Shown here: positions 1-9,839 of the stretch, piece after piece
How positions within the stretch are numbered: the first letter of the stretch is position 1
Layout: each line of letters begins with the position of its first letter
NCBI GenBank assembly: GCA_046726415.1
Contig: JBKPAK010000024.1
Span: 23,605 to 87,604 of the forward strand
Length of the DNA stretch: 64,000 bases
Direction of reading: 5' to 3'
DNA from: Candidatus Methylomirabilota bacterium
GTDB lineage: Bacteria; Methylomirabilota; Methylomirabilia; Rokubacteriales; CSP1-6
Made by a program: the position numbers and the translations under genes
The notes under the pieces: generated by a model
Database searches by the model: none
Seen by the model: only the letters and a program-made list of their open reading frames with translations
Told to the model about the DNA's origin: nothing

Positions 1-1302
1 CGATGCGTCGGCCACCACTCGCAGCGCGCGCACCGCAATCCCGACGTCCTGGGCATCCGAGGCGATCCGCTCGGCCTCGTCGGCCGCGATCTGCGGCACG
101 CCGCCCCGCAGGAGACGCTCGGCGCGGTCGATCCGCTGCTGAAGGGAGAGAGGTGCCATGCGCACGCCCGAGCTCGCCAGCCCCGCCAGGCGGTCACCGG
201 CTCCCGACGCATATCCCGTGCTTGGTGCCACCAGGGTCAGCTCTCGATAGGTCGCGGCCGCCGCCTCCGGATTTCCGAGGGCCTCGGCGGTCATACCGAG
301 CAGATAGAGCGCCTCGGGAAGTTCTGCGGCGTCAGGGTAGTCGGCGATCAGCCGCGTCAGTAGCTCCTGGGCTCTAGCCTCTTCTCCGGCCCGTGAGGCG
401 GCCCACGCCGCGACGACGAGCGCGCGGGGGGCGAGACGGCTCTGGCGATGGTGGTCGGCCACGCTGGCGGCCATGTCGCGCGCCGCGAGCCAATCACCTC
501 GACGCGCGAGGGCATCGGCGAGGAGCCAGCGCGCGTAGTCGGCGATGGGGCTCGAGAGAGCGGCGGGCGTGTTCATCGCGTCCAGGAGCGGCCCGGGGTC
601 GCCGCGCTGGTAGGCGGCTACGGCCTGCGCCCACGTTCGCTCCACGGAGGGCGACACTGCGGGTTCGGCCGTGGCCGCAAGTGGCGTCAGCGCCAACGCC
701 GCCACGATCGCGCCGCGCAGCAGGGTGGCGTCACGGGTGGCCCGCCAGGTGAAGACGATCCGCTGGAGCGCCGTGAGGTTGGCGAGAACCGCCAGCACCC
801 ACATCGCGGACTCCAGGAGATCGAAGAGGGCTCCGGCGATGAGACAGATCATGCGCTCGGGGCGCTCCATGAACCCGATCGTACACTCGACGCCGATGGA
901 CGCCGCGCGAGCCTTGGTGTAGCTCACCATCACCGTGCCCACCAAGCCGGCCATGGCCACCAGGGCGCCCCGGGTGTGGGGCGTGCGCGCGAACAGGACC
1001 ACGATGGCGAGCAGGATCACGATATCCGAGTAGCGGTCGATCACGGAATCGAGAAACGCGCCGAACGGGGTCACCATCCCCGAGGCGCGGGCCAAGGCGC
1101 CGTCGAAAAAATCGCACAGACCGGCGAGGACGAGCAGCGCCCCACCCGCCCGAAGGTGCCCGGTCACGAAGGCCGCCGCCGCCACCAGGCTGATGCCCAG
1201 ACCGATGAGGGTCAGATGGTTGGGGCGCAGCCGAAGGCGAAAAAGCCCACGGCCGATGGGTTCCGACCACACGCGGGCGGTCTCGCGATAGCGACTGATC
1301 AC
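1..1302 (-). CDS. CDP-alcohol phosphatidyltransferase fused in frame to a TPR-containing, probably periplasmic region (3' end runs off the window)
   Basis: Hand translation from GTG 1302: MISRYRETARVWSEP...PNHLTLIG...CDFFDGALARASGMVTPFGAFLDSVIDRYSD (CDP-OH transferase motif DG-x2-AR-x8-G-x3-D-x3-D). No stop down to base 1; continues LLRGAIVAALALTPLAATAEP...LIADYPDAAELPEALYLLG (TPR-like). Absent from the ORF track. Confidence 0.85.
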   Translation of the reverse strand, partial: MISRYRETARVWSEPIGRGLFRLRLRPNHLTLIGLGISLVAAAAFVTGHLRAGGALLVLAGLCDFFDGALARASGMVTPFGAFLDSVIDRYSDIVILLAIVVLFARTPHTRGALVAMAGLVGTVMVSYTKARAASIGVECTIGFMERPERMICLIAGALFDLLESAMWVLAVLANLTALQRIVFTWRATRDATLLRGAIVAALALTPLAATAEPAVSPSVERTWAQAVAAYQRGDPGPLLDAMNTPAALSSPIADYARWLLADALARRGDWLAARDMAASVADHHRQSRLAPRALVVAAWAASRAGEEARAQELLTRLIADYPDAAELPEALYLLGMTAEALGNPEAAAATYRELTLVAPSTGYASGAGDRLAGLASSGVRMAPLSLQQRIDRAERLLRGGVPQIAADEAERIASDAQDVGIAVRALRVVADAS

Positions 1303-1305
1303 GGC

Positions 1306-3972
1306 TCAGAGGGGGCGCGTGAGCGCGTCGCGCAGGGCACCGTGGATGCGCTCGATCCCGTCGGGGTCTTCGACCTTCTGTCCCTTTCCGTCATGGACGT
1401 AGAAGGTGTCGAGGGCCTTGTCGATCTCGGTGGCGATGCGGGCGCTGGCGATGTCGAGGCCGAGCGAGGCCAAGGTGGCGGTGATCAGGTAGAGCAGGCC
1501 GACGCGGTCGGGACACTTCACCTCGACGAGGGTGTAGTCGTCGGAGAGCTGATTGTCTATGACGACCTTGGGGGGCGTCAAGGACGCCTGGTTACCCGAT
1601 CGCTGCCGGCTGGCCAGCAAGGCCGCCACGTCCTGCTTCCCCGCGATCACCGCCCGCAGCACGTCGAGCGTACGCGACCATTGCACGACGGAGGTCACGG
1701 CCTCCCCGGTGGGATCGTTCACCTGCAGCGTGTCGATGGCGATGCCATCGGCCCGGGTGTGGATCTGGGCGGAGGCGATGTTGATCCGGTGCGCCGCCAG
1801 CGTGCCGGCGATGAGGGAGAAGAGGCCGGGCACGTCACGGGCCACCACCACGAGGTCAGACGTGCCGAGATCGGGATGATGGAAGAGCTGGGTCACCACG
1901 GGTTCGTGGTCCAGCCGCCGCAGCATCCCCAGGTGTTCAGCCATGCGCTGGACGCTGGTCGTGGCCAGATACCGATCCGACACCATCGCCACGTGGGCCC
2001 GCGCGGCCTGTCGCGGCACTTCGTCACCGGCGTGCGCGGCGAGGCGCTCCACGAGCTGGGCCCGCGGGGGGCGCACCGCGCGGCCGTCAGTCAAGTGTCG
2101 AAGGGTGCGGCCGTACAGTTCGTGCAGGATCTTGGCCTGCCAGGGCGTGAGGACCCCCGGGCCAACTGCGCGCATGTCGGCGTACGTGAGGAGATAGAGC
2201 ATGCGCAGGCGTTGGGGGGTCCCGACCACACCCGCGAAGTTGGAGATCGTGCGCGGATCGTCGATGTCGCGCCGCTGGGCCACGTGGGACATCGTGACGT
2301 GATGGGCGACCAGGAACTCGACCAGGGCCGCGTCGGCGGCCGGCAGCCCGAGACGCGCCGTCAGCGCGCGAGCCATGGGGATGCCCTTGGCCACGTGCCC
2401 GTGTCCCTTGGCCTTGCCAATGTCGTGCAGGAGCATGCCGAGCATGAGCAGCTCGGGCTTCTCCACCTCGTGGAAGACGAGGGCCGCGCCCTCTGATTCC
2501 GCCGACTGACCCGGAGCCAGCGCCTCGAGATGCTGCACGGCGAGGAGCGAATGTTGATCGACCGAGAACTTGTGGTAGACGTCGTACTGCACGAGGCAGG
2601 TCAACGCGGCGAACTCCGGCAGGTAGCGTCCGAGCACCCCCAGCTCGTGCATCTCCGAAAGCGTTTCGCCCACGCGGCCCCAGCGCCGGCAGATGTCGAG
2701 GAAGACGTCGCGCTCGGCTGGGTCGCGCTGCATTCGCTCGTCGATGACGTCCAGGGCCTCTTCCAGGCTGCGCTCCAGGTCGACCGACAGCGTGCAGCCC
2801 AGCCGATGCATGTGCCAGAAGACCTTCATGATGCGACCGGGTTCCCTGCGCAGCGCGGCGGGGTCGCGGTCGGCGAGATGCAGCGTCCCATCCAGGAGGA
2901 CGAGGCCGTCGGCCAGCGCCTGCTGGCGCTGCCGCCGCTCGGCGGCGCCGCGGCGCGAGAGCGTCTCCTGGCAACGGGCGATGAGGCGCCGCGACAGGCG
3001 GTGTATGGCCCGCGCATGGAAGTAGTAATCGCGCATGAAGCGCTCGACGCCGAGGCTCTGCTCGCCGTCCTCGTAGCCGAAGGCCTTGGCGATCTGCGGC
3101 TGGACATCGCGCGAGAGCACGTCGTTTTTGTGGCCAGCCAGAAAATGCAGCTCGTTGCGCACGCGCCACAGGAAGGTCAGCGCGGCATCGGTGACCGCCT
3201 GCTCGCGGAGCGTGATCAGCCCCTTGTCGGTCAGCTCCCGCAAGGTCCGGGCGCCGAACTTGGCCGCGCTGAGCCACATGGCGGTGTGCATGTCCCGCAG
3301 GCCACCGGCCGATTCCTTGACGTTGGGCTCGCCGATGTACGGCGAGGCGCCGTACTTGCGATAGCGCTGGTCGCGCTCGCCCAGGGTGGTGGCGAGGAAC
3401 TGGCCGAAGTCGCGCCGGAAGACGTTGTCGCGGAGGACCCGGCGGAAACGCGCGAAGAGTCGCCGATCCGCGGTGACGAAGCGGGCCGCCTGCATCGAAG
3501 TCAGGCTCGGGAAGTCCGTGCGGGCGATGGCCACGCAGTCGTCGAGAGAGCGCACGCTGTGACCGATTTGCAGGCCGAGATCCCAGAGGGTGTAGAGCAG
3601 CTCCTGGGTGACCCGCTGCACGAAGGGCGTTCGCTCCCCTTCGTAGACCACCATCAGGTCGATGTCGGACGACGGGTGCAGCTCGGCGCGGCCATACCCG
3701 CCCAGGGCGACCACCACGAAGGGCGCCGGGGCCAACGCTGTCGCGTTGGCGACGATCAGACGGACGAGGGCGCGGATCAGATCATCGACCAGCTCCGCGT
3801 GGGCGCGCACCGACTCCCCTCCCGACGCACCCTCCGCATGCTTGAGCTTGAGGGAGTCGAGTCCCTCGGCGAGTGCGGCGCGGAAGAATTCGAGTCGCAG
3901 GCGCCGCCGGTCCTCGATGCGCTCGGCCTTCGCCTCCGCGCGTCGGGCCCGGCGATACAACTCGGGCGACAT
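1306..3972 (-). CDS. glnD: [protein-PII] uridylyltransferase/uridylyl-removing enzyme
   Basis: ALGGYGRAELHPSSDIDL NTase motif, EPNVKESAGGLRD, HD domain (LLHDIGK), two C-terminal ACT domains; 888 aa. Confidence 0.95.
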   Translation of the reverse strand: MSPELYRRARRAEAKAERIEDRRRLRLEFFRAALAEGLDSLKLKHAEGASGGESVRAHAELVDDLIRALVRLIVANATALAPAPFVVVALGGYGRAELHPSSDIDLMVVYEGERTPFVQRVTQELLYTLWDLGLQIGHSVRSLDDCVAIARTDFPSLTSMQAARFVTADRRLFARFRRVLRDNVFRRDFGQFLATTLGERDQRYRKYGASPYIGEPNVKESAGGLRDMHTAMWLSAAKFGARTLRELTDKGLITLREQAVTDAALTFLWRVRNELHFLAGHKNDVLSRDVQPQIAKAFGYEDGEQSLGVERFMRDYYFHARAIHRLSRRLIARCQETLSRRGAAERRQRQQALADGLVLLDGTLHLADRDPAALRREPGRIMKVFWHMHRLGCTLSVDLERSLEEALDVIDERMQRDPAERDVFLDICRRWGRVGETLSEMHELGVLGRYLPEFAALTCLVQYDVYHKFSVDQHSLLAVQHLEALAPGQSAESEGAALVFHEVEKPELLMLGMLLHDIGKAKGHGHVAKGIPMARALTARLGLPAADAALVEFLVAHHVTMSHVAQRRDIDDPRTISNFAGVVGTPQRLRMLYLLTYADMRAVGPGVLTPWQAKILHELYGRTLRHLTDGRAVRPPRAQLVERLAAHAGDEVPRQAARAHVAMVSDRYLATTSVQRMAEHLGMLRRLDHEPVVTQLFHHPDLGTSDLVVVARDVPGLFSLIAGTLAAHRINIASAQIHTRADGIAIDTLQVNDPTGEAVTSVVQWSRTLDVLRAVIAGKQDVAALLASRQRSGNQASLTPPKVVIDNQLSDDYTLVEVKCPDRVGLLYLITATLASLGLDIASARIATEIDKALDTFYVHDGKGQKVEDPDGIERIHGALRDALTRPL

Positions 3973-3982
3973 GTCGGGGTGA

Positions 3983-4035
3983 AGGGTAGCAGTGGCCGAC
4001 GAACACTGTCAAACCCAGGGCCAACTTACTAGAAT
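3983..4035. promoter_or_regulatory. Divergent sigma70-like promoters for glnD and hisC
   Basis: Minus: TTGACA (4012-4007), 18 bp, TG-c-TACCCT (3988-3983). Plus: TAGAAT (4030-4035) 6 nt before the hisC ATG. Confidence 0.55.
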
Positions 4036-4041
4036 TCAGAC

Positions 4042-5130
4042 ATGCGAGACATCTGGCGGCCCGTCCTCGGCAGCATCACGCCGTACCAGCCGGACAAATC
4101 CCTGGAGGCCCTGGCCAGCCAGCTGGCGCTCCCGGAGTTGATCCGACTGTCGGCGAACGAGAACCCCCTCGGCCCCTCGCCACGCGTGGTGGCCACCATC
4201 GCGCGCGAGGCCAGCCGCGTCCATCTCTACCCGGACGGCGGCAGCACCGCCCTGCGCAAGGCCCTGGGCCATCGCCTAGGCCTCTCGCCCGAGCAGATCC
4301 TCGTGGGCAACGGCGCCGACGAGCTGCTCACCTTGCTGGGGCTTGCCGCCCTCGAACAGGGCGACGAGGTGCTGCTACCCCTTCCCTCCTTCGAGGCCTA
4401 CGCGACTATCGCGCTGCTCGGCGGCGCTCGCCCGGTGGCCAGCCCCCTGATCGGCTACGACACCGACCTCGACGACATGCGGCGCCGCATCACCCCGCGG
4501 ACGAAGATAGTCTTCGTGTGCTCGCCCCACAATCCGGCGGGCACGATCGTCTCCCGCAGGGCGCTGACGGCGTTCCTCGAGTCACTCGCCGACGATCCGC
4601 CCCTGATCGTGCTCGACGAGGCATACCGGGACTTCTGTGACGACCCCGAGTACCCGGATGGCGTGGCCCTGCTGGCTCGATATCCGCGCCTGCTCGTTCT
4701 GCGCACGTTCTCGAAGATCGCCGGTCTGGCCGGCCTGCGGGTGGGATACGTGCTGGCCAGCCCCCAGGCCATCGATCGGCTCGACCGGGTGCGCGCGCCT
4801 TACAACGTGAACCGGCTGGGCCAGGTCGCCGCCGTGGCCGCCCTCGAGGACGAGGATCACTGGCACAAGAGCCGACAGCTGGTCATCGAGGAACGCGCGT
4901 TCCTCTCCCAAGAGCTGGTTCGCCGCGGCTTCCGCTTTCCGCCATCCCAAGCCAACTTCATGCTCGTGAAGGTGCCGGACGGCGCCCTCGCCCGCGAGCG
5001 GCTTCTGCGAGCCGGCCTCGTCGTCCGCGACGGCGCGGCCCTGGGCTTTGCCAACCACCTCCGCATCTCGATCGGTCTGCGCGAGACCAACGAGCGCCTG
5101 CTCGCCGTCCTCGACTCCCTCCCCCGATGA
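4042..5130 (+). CDS. hisC: Histidinol-phosphate aminotransferase
   Basis: LSANENP, YPD, GNGADE, PHNPAG, DEAY, RTFSKIAGLAGLRVGY (PLP lysine). Confidence 0.93.
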   Translation: MRDIWRPVLGSITPYQPDKSLEALASQLALPELIRLSANENPLGPSPRVVATIAREASRVHLYPDGGSTALRKALGHRLGLSPEQILVGNGADELLTLLGLAALEQGDEVLLPLPSFEAYATIALLGGARPVASPLIGYDTDLDDMRRRITPRTKIVFVCSPHNPAGTIVSRRALTAFLESLADDPPLIVLDEAYRDFCDDPEYPDGVALLARYPRLLVLRTFSKIAGLAGLRVGYVLASPQAIDRLDRVRAPYNVNRLGQVAAVAALEDEDHWHKSRQLVIEERAFLSQELVRRGFRFPPSQANFMLVKVPDGALARERLLRAGLVVRDGAALGFANHLRISIGLRETNERLLAVLDSLPR

Positions 5131-5131
5131 G

Positions 5132-5253
5132 ATGGGGGGCCTCGACAGGGCCCCCAAGCCCCCCGACGCTCGGGACGCCTCAGCGGAGCTGCGGCGCCCC
5201 TCGATGCCCCCCGGACGTCCGGCGCACACCGGCAAAGCCGGGGCCTCCTCGAT
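5132..5253 (+). repeat. Dispersed hairpin repeat family 1, copy A (one head plus two tails)
   Basis: ATGGGGGGCCTCGACAGGGCCCCCAAGCCCCCCGACGCTCG...CCTCGAT; homologous to copies at 8.6, 15.6-15.8, 30.75 and 63.7-63.9 kb. Confidence 0.85.
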
Positions 5254-5305
5254 TCCCCCGCGCTCCTGCCGCCATCGCGCCGAAGTTACCGCGCGCCGCG
5301 CTCGG

Positions 5306-7348
5306 TCATCCCAGACCCGGAATGAACTCTCGCCCGGCTCTGAACTCGACGGTCGAGCCCGCGAAGTCGTCCCCCACTGGCTCGTGGCGCCCGCCGAGGT
5401 GCTGCGCGAGGAACGCCTCGGCGACCGCGGTGAACGACCGGCGATTCTCGGGACGACGGAACCCGTGGCCCTCGTCGGTGTAGTAGACGTAGGTCACCGG
5501 GATGCCGCGCTGCTTCATGGCGGCCACGATCTGGTCCGACTCCGACGGTTTGACACGTACGTCGTTCGCGCCCTGCGCGATCAGCAGCGGGCGGACGATC
5601 CGATCCACGCGGTTGAGCGGAGAGCGATCCTGCAGGAAGAGCTGGCCGGCCTCCGTCGTGTAGTCCCCCATCCGGGCCTTCCAGATGGTCTGCCACGGCT
5701 TCCAGTACGGGGGAATGGTGTTCATGAGCGTGATGAGATTCGAGATTCCGAAGATATCGACGGCGCAGGCGAACTTTTGAGGCGTGAAGGTCACACCGAC
5801 CAGCGCCGAGTACCCCCCGTAGCTGGCGCCGTAGATCGCGATCCGCTTCGGATCGGCGATCCGTCGGGCGATGGCCCAGTCGACCCCGTCGATCAGATCG
5901 TCGTGCATCTTCCCCGCCCACTCCAGATTCGCGGCGTTGACGAAGGCCTTGCCGAATCCCGTCGAGCCCCGGAAGTTGACGCTCAGAACAGCGTAGCCGC
6001 GGTTGGCCAGCCACTGGTGGGTAGACGACAGCCCCCAAACGTCTCGCCCCCAGGGGCCGCCGTGCACCAGGAGTACCATCGGTCCCGGGCCGCCGCGCTC
6101 GGCGCCTCGCGGGCGCGATAGGTAGCAGACAAGTGGCAGTCCGTCGCGTGCCCGCAGCTCGACTGGCTGCATCGGCACGAGCGGAGCCTTTTCCAGGGCG
6201 GGGCGCGCCGTGAACAGGAATCGCGCCTTCCTCGTGGGGCGGTTGTAGTGGAAATACTGTCCGGGGGCGGCATCGCGCTCGTAGTAGACGACCCAGTTCT
6301 GCCGGTCGTCCGATAGCCTGACACCGGTGAGGTCGCCGGTCGAGACGCGGCCGAGGTAGGCATAGTCGGCGGCGTATGCGGGATCGATCACCCGCCAGCG
6401 CCGGCGCGTGAACATCGTCATCGCCGCGAACGGACGGTAGGTCGACGGGTCGAGCGCCAGCTCCACGAAGTCGGCCTTCGCATCCTGGGCCAGGACCCGC
6501 ACCGCGCCGGTGGCGAGGTTCTGCGCGACGACCGCCGCCGTGTCACGACCACGGGTGTCGAGCCAGAAGAGCTCGGTGCCGTCGTCGGAGGACCCGACGG
6601 CGCGCGTGGTCATGGCGTCTGCCATCGGAGTGTGGGTGAACAGTTCCCAGTCGCCGCCTGCTCCGCGCTGCAGATACTCGATGCCACCGTCGTCGGTGAA
6701 ACGGGCGGCGAAGCGGACGCGGAACCGGGGATCGGTGACGTGAAACGCGAACCCCTCGTTTTCCTGGAGAAGCGTCGCGTGTCCGGTCGCCACGTTGACG
6801 CGGAAGACGTCGAAGTAGCGCTGATCGCGCTGGTTGTGGGCGATCAGCAGCTCGCCTGGGAAGTGGCGGGAGGTCTGTTGGACGTAGGATTTGACGCCCG
6901 GACCGGGGGTGAGCGGCAGGACGTCCCCCGTCTCGAGATCGACCCGATGGGTCTGCCAGTTCTCGTCGCCGCCCTGCTCGCGGAAGAACACGACGTGCCG
7001 GTTGTCGTGGAGCCAGACCAGCCAGGGCCCGAGATTCCGGTCGGTCACGCGAGTGAACGGGCGCGCCTTCGTCACGTCCCCGATCGGACCGACCCACAGG
7101 TTCAGCACGCCGGCAAGGGGAGCCAGAAATGCCAGGCGCAGTCCGTCCGGACTGATGCGGACGACCGACCGGTCGGCATCGGCGAACAGGAGCAGGCGGG
7201 GCAGCAGCGGCACCGCCGTCTCTGCTGTCGCAGACACCGGAGTGCCGGTCGACTGCGCGCGGGGTAGTCGGACGCCACCCCCCAGCACCACCGCACCGGC
7301 CGAGGCCGCGAGGAGGAGGTGACGACGATTGAGCTCGTGGCGATTCAT
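5306..7348 (-). CDS. S9 family (prolyl oligopeptidase/acylaminoacyl) peptidase with a Tat signal
   Basis: Start ATG 7348 MNRHELNRRHLLLAASAG (twin-arginine); HGGPW, NFRGSTGFG, GASYGG nucleophile, GANDVRV, DEGHG. Confidence 0.9.
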   Translation of the reverse strand: MNRHELNRRHLLLAASAGAVVLGGGVRLPRAQSTGTPVSATAETAVPLLPRLLLFADADRSVVRISPDGLRLAFLAPLAGVLNLWVGPIGDVTKARPFTRVTDRNLGPWLVWLHDNRHVVFFREQGGDENWQTHRVDLETGDVLPLTPGPGVKSYVQQTSRHFPGELLIAHNQRDQRYFDVFRVNVATGHATLLQENEGFAFHVTDPRFRVRFAARFTDDGGIEYLQRGAGGDWELFTHTPMADAMTTRAVGSSDDGTELFWLDTRGRDTAAVVAQNLATGAVRVLAQDAKADFVELALDPSTYRPFAAMTMFTRRRWRVIDPAYAADYAYLGRVSTGDLTGVRLSDDRQNWVVYYERDAAPGQYFHYNRPTRKARFLFTARPALEKAPLVPMQPVELRARDGLPLVCYLSRPRGAERGGPGPMVLLVHGGPWGRDVWGLSSTHQWLANRGYAVLSVNFRGSTGFGKAFVNAANLEWAGKMHDDLIDGVDWAIARRIADPKRIAIYGASYGGYSALVGVTFTPQKFACAVDIFGISNLITLMNTIPPYWKPWQTIWKARMGDYTTEAGQLFLQDRSPLNRVDRIVRPLLIAQGANDVRVKPSESDQIVAAMKQRGIPVTYVYYTDEGHGFRRPENRRSFTAVAEAFLAQHLGGRHEPVGDDFAGSTVEFRAGREFIPGLG

Positions 7349-7546
7349 CGGTCGGGCCTCCCTCGACGCGATTCCGCGTGATCGGCGCTCGCCATGGGCC
7401 GGGACGCGTCGCGATACCGTGACCAGCCCGGGACGTCGAGCCCGGTCCGCCCGATCATCCGTCCCAGCATCATTGCTGAGGCGCTGCGCGCCGACAAGTG
7501 CCACAAAACGGGATTCCGCCTTTGCGTGGAGCGATAGCCGGCGCGA

Positions 7547-7598
7547 TCGAGGACATCGGCCGCCAGCCCGCGAGGGAAGGGCCGTGCGCATGCCTTCG
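7547..7598. repeat. Dispersed repeat family 2, copy 1
   Basis: TCGAGG...GAAGGG...CATGCCTTCG, 52 bp; same length and anchors as 29702-29753. Confidence 0.6.
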
Positions 7599-7620
7599 TC
7601 GCCGCGGGGGGACGATGAGC

Positions 7621-7947
7621 TTAGCGCGCGGGAGCAGGAGGGCCTGGAACGGTGGGGGTGGTCCGCTGCCGTTCCAGCGCTTCCAGGCGGCGGGCGAGCT
7701 CATCGCGCTCGGCCCGCAGGGTGTGGACCTGCTGCTCGCGCTGGGCCAGGCGCTGCTCCAGCTGCGCCAGCCGGTTGTGAAGCTGGGCCTCCTGCGCATA
7801 CAGCGCTCGCAGCTCCTCTTCCAGGCGCATCGCGCGCTGCCGCGCCGGCAGGAGCCCGGCGAAGAGAACGTAGACGGTGAGGACGGCGAACAGCACGCTC
7901 GCCGCCACGAGAAACCACGGGACCGCGGCGCGAACGCGATCCGCCAC
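7621..7947 (-). CDS. Hypothetical protein with an N-terminal membrane anchor and coiled coil
   Basis: Hydrophobic helix (VPWFLVAASVLFAVLTVYVLFAGLL) followed by heptad-rich E/Q/R/L sequence. Confidence 0.8.
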   Translation of the reverse strand: MADRVRAAVPWFLVAASVLFAVLTVYVLFAGLLPARQRAMRLEEELRALYAQEAQLHNRLAQLEQRLAQREQQVHTLRAERDELARRLEALERQRTTPTVPGPPAPAR

Positions 7948-8020
7948 GAGCGGGAATTCTAGCAGAATCCCCCGAGGCTCTCGGTGACTGGAGTGCTATC
8001 ATCGGCCTTGAGAGGAACTC

Positions 8021-8533
8021 GTGGAGCTGCGACGCTTCTTCGATCGGGCGGTGCGCGCCAGCTTCGCTGACCTGGCCCATCGAGATGATCCCGTGGCGCC
8101 GTACCTGGTCGACCTCCTCACCCGCTTCGCCCGCACGGAAAACCTCTTTCCGCCGGGGAGCACCGTGCCGCGCCTGGAGACCGTGGCCGACATGCTCATC
8201 GAGATCCAGGGGCTCTGGGACGACCGGATGCCGTCGTTCCAGCCCCAGCGCGAAGTATCGGTGCGACGCCACATAGGCGATTTCACCCTGTTCATGACGG
8301 GAATCTTCCGCGAGCGCGTCGAGCGCGCGGCCTCCGCCGGGTACTACATCGTCGAGGGCAAGCGAGCCTATCGCTTCGTCTCCGAACATGCCCGCGCGCG
8401 GGCCGAGGTCGACGCGCCCTATCGTTGGCTGGCCGAGCGGTTCGAGAGCTATGCGCGCGTGCTGGACTACACGCGCCGCGTGCACTTCTACGATTACCCG
8501 CCGCACACCTTCTTCCGTCTGCACTTCGAATGA
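8021..8533 (+). CDS. Hypothetical protein
   Basis: SD GAGGA before GTG; globular composition (RRHIGDFTLFMTGIF, YYIVEGKRAY). Confidence 0.8.
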   Translation: MELRRFFDRAVRASFADLAHRDDPVAPYLVDLLTRFARTENLFPPGSTVPRLETVADMLIEIQGLWDDRMPSFQPQREVSVRRHIGDFTLFMTGIFRERVERAASAGYYIVEGKRAYRFVSEHARARAEVDAPYRWLAERFESYARVLDYTRRVHFYDYPPHTFFRLHFE

Positions 8534-8553
8534 CGCCCGGAGCCAGTCGAAGT

Positions 8554-8668
8554 ATCGAGGAGCTCCCCCGAGCGCGACGAGCGCGGGGAGCATGGAGGGA
8601 AGCCCTGGCTCCGCTGGGGTGTCCCGAGCGTCGGTGGGTTTGGCGGGCCCTGTCGAGGCCTCCCATCT
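8554..8668 (-). repeat. Hairpin repeat family 1, copy B
   Basis: Reverse complement GATGGGAGGCCTCGACAGGGCCCGCCAAACCCACCGACGCTCGGGACACCCCAGCGGAGC closely matches copy A. Confidence 0.85.
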
Positions 8669-8693
8669 CCCTCGCCCGGCCGAGGTCGCGCTC

Positions 8694-9839
8694 ATGACCT
8701 CGCCCACCGCGGAGGCCGTAGCCGAGTGCCGCCGCAGGCTCGACGCCACACTTCACAGCCCTGGCGACATCGAACCGTCGGCCCTCGCTGTGTTCGCGCG
8801 CCTACCCGCCAAGGACCTGGACGCGCTGCTGCGCGGATTTGCCGCCGAGCACGGCGCCGCCGCGCTCCCCGCCCTGACTGCGCTGGCCTCGGATCCAGCC
8901 GACCGGACGCTCCGGCGCGCGGCCAGGCTCGCGCTGTACCGCCTGGCCCAGCGCGGGGTCGCCGCGCCGCGGCCGGCCCCGCCGCGACCTGTCGTGGAAC
9001 AAGAGTCCGAACGCGCGAGGCGGGCGTGGGTCTCAGGCATCGACGGCAGTGGCTCGCGGGCAATGTGGATCGTCTTCGAGGGGAGCTTCGGTGGCGGCGC
9101 GCTGTGCTCGGTGATCGTCAATGACGTGGCCGGCATCCTCGAGGCGGCGGGCGGCGACATCACCAGGAAGCGGCTGGAGCGCGAGCTGGCCGCCCTGCGC
9201 GCCTCGCAAAAGCTGCCGTGGGTCGAGACCGATCCCGCGCGCGCGGTGGCGCTCGTCCGCGAAGCCCTCGCGCTTCACGCCGCGCTAGGAACGGCGCCAC
9301 CCGCCGCTTTTGGCCGCTGGCAGCGCTTCTTCGAGGAGGGCACTCCCGCACCAGCGCCCACCGTGTCGCCCGCGTCCACGGACCACGCGGAGTCCTCAGC
9401 GCTCGATCGCTCAACCGAGCTGCTCGACTTGCCCGACTTCGCCGGTTGGTTTCTCGATCCCGAGGCGTTGCAGAGCGATGCCGTCGCGCTCCTTCAGACC
9501 CGCGAAAGCCGGCTCGTCGTCTCCGATCAGATCAAGGCCGAACGCGAGGCGGCCATCGTCGATGCTGTGATGGCGCGCGAGTTCACGCCAGAGGGCCGGC
9601 GCCGATGGGCGCGCCGCCTGGAGGAGATGGCGCTCATCCTCGCCGCTACCGACCGGGCGGAGGCGTCGATGTTGGCGACGACCGCCGCCGCCGCGTTGCG
9701 CGACCAGACGCGCGAGGCTCGACGCCACCCGTTAGCCCTGGCATTGGCTCGGCGCGGGCTGGAGGTCGCGAGCGAGGTCGCTCTGGGCCGAGTCAAGCTC
9801 GCCGACGTCAGCCGCAAGCCCGGCGCCGCCGGGACGTGA
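8694..9839 (+). CDS. Hypothetical protein (helical, HEAT-like N-terminus)
   Basis: ATG 8694 after GAGG; the upstream extension in the ORF track runs through the previous gene and a repeat; stop overlaps the next start (GTGA). Confidence 0.75.
   Translation: MTSPTAEAVAECRRRLDATLHSPGDIEPSALAVFARLPAKDLDALLRGFAAEHGAAALPALTALASDPADRTLRRAARLALYRLAQRGVAAPRPAPPRPVVEQESERARRAWVSGIDGSGSRAMWIVFEGSFGGGALCSVIVNDVAGILEAAGGDITRKRLERELAALRASQKLPWVETDPARAVALVREALALHAALGTAPPAAFGRWQRFFEEGTPAPAPTVSPASTDHAESSALDRSTELLDLPDFAGWFLDPEALQSDAVALLQTRESRLVVSDQIKAEREAAIVDAVMAREFTPEGRRRWARRLEEMALILAATDRAEASMLATTAAAALRDQTREARRHPLALALARRGLEVASEVALGRVKLADVSRKPGAAGT

Noticed and set aside
448-4032. Long plus-strand ORFs (682 and 500 aa), and similar antisense ORFs elsewhere (e.g. 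35730-37766, 43737-46181, 47689-49449)
   Set aside because: They are shadow frames of real genes on the opposite strand, expected in GC-rich DNA, with no recognisable motifs.
7485-7510. TGGCAC on the minus strand as a sigma54 promoter for the S9 peptidase
   Set aside because: No TTGC at the -12 position.
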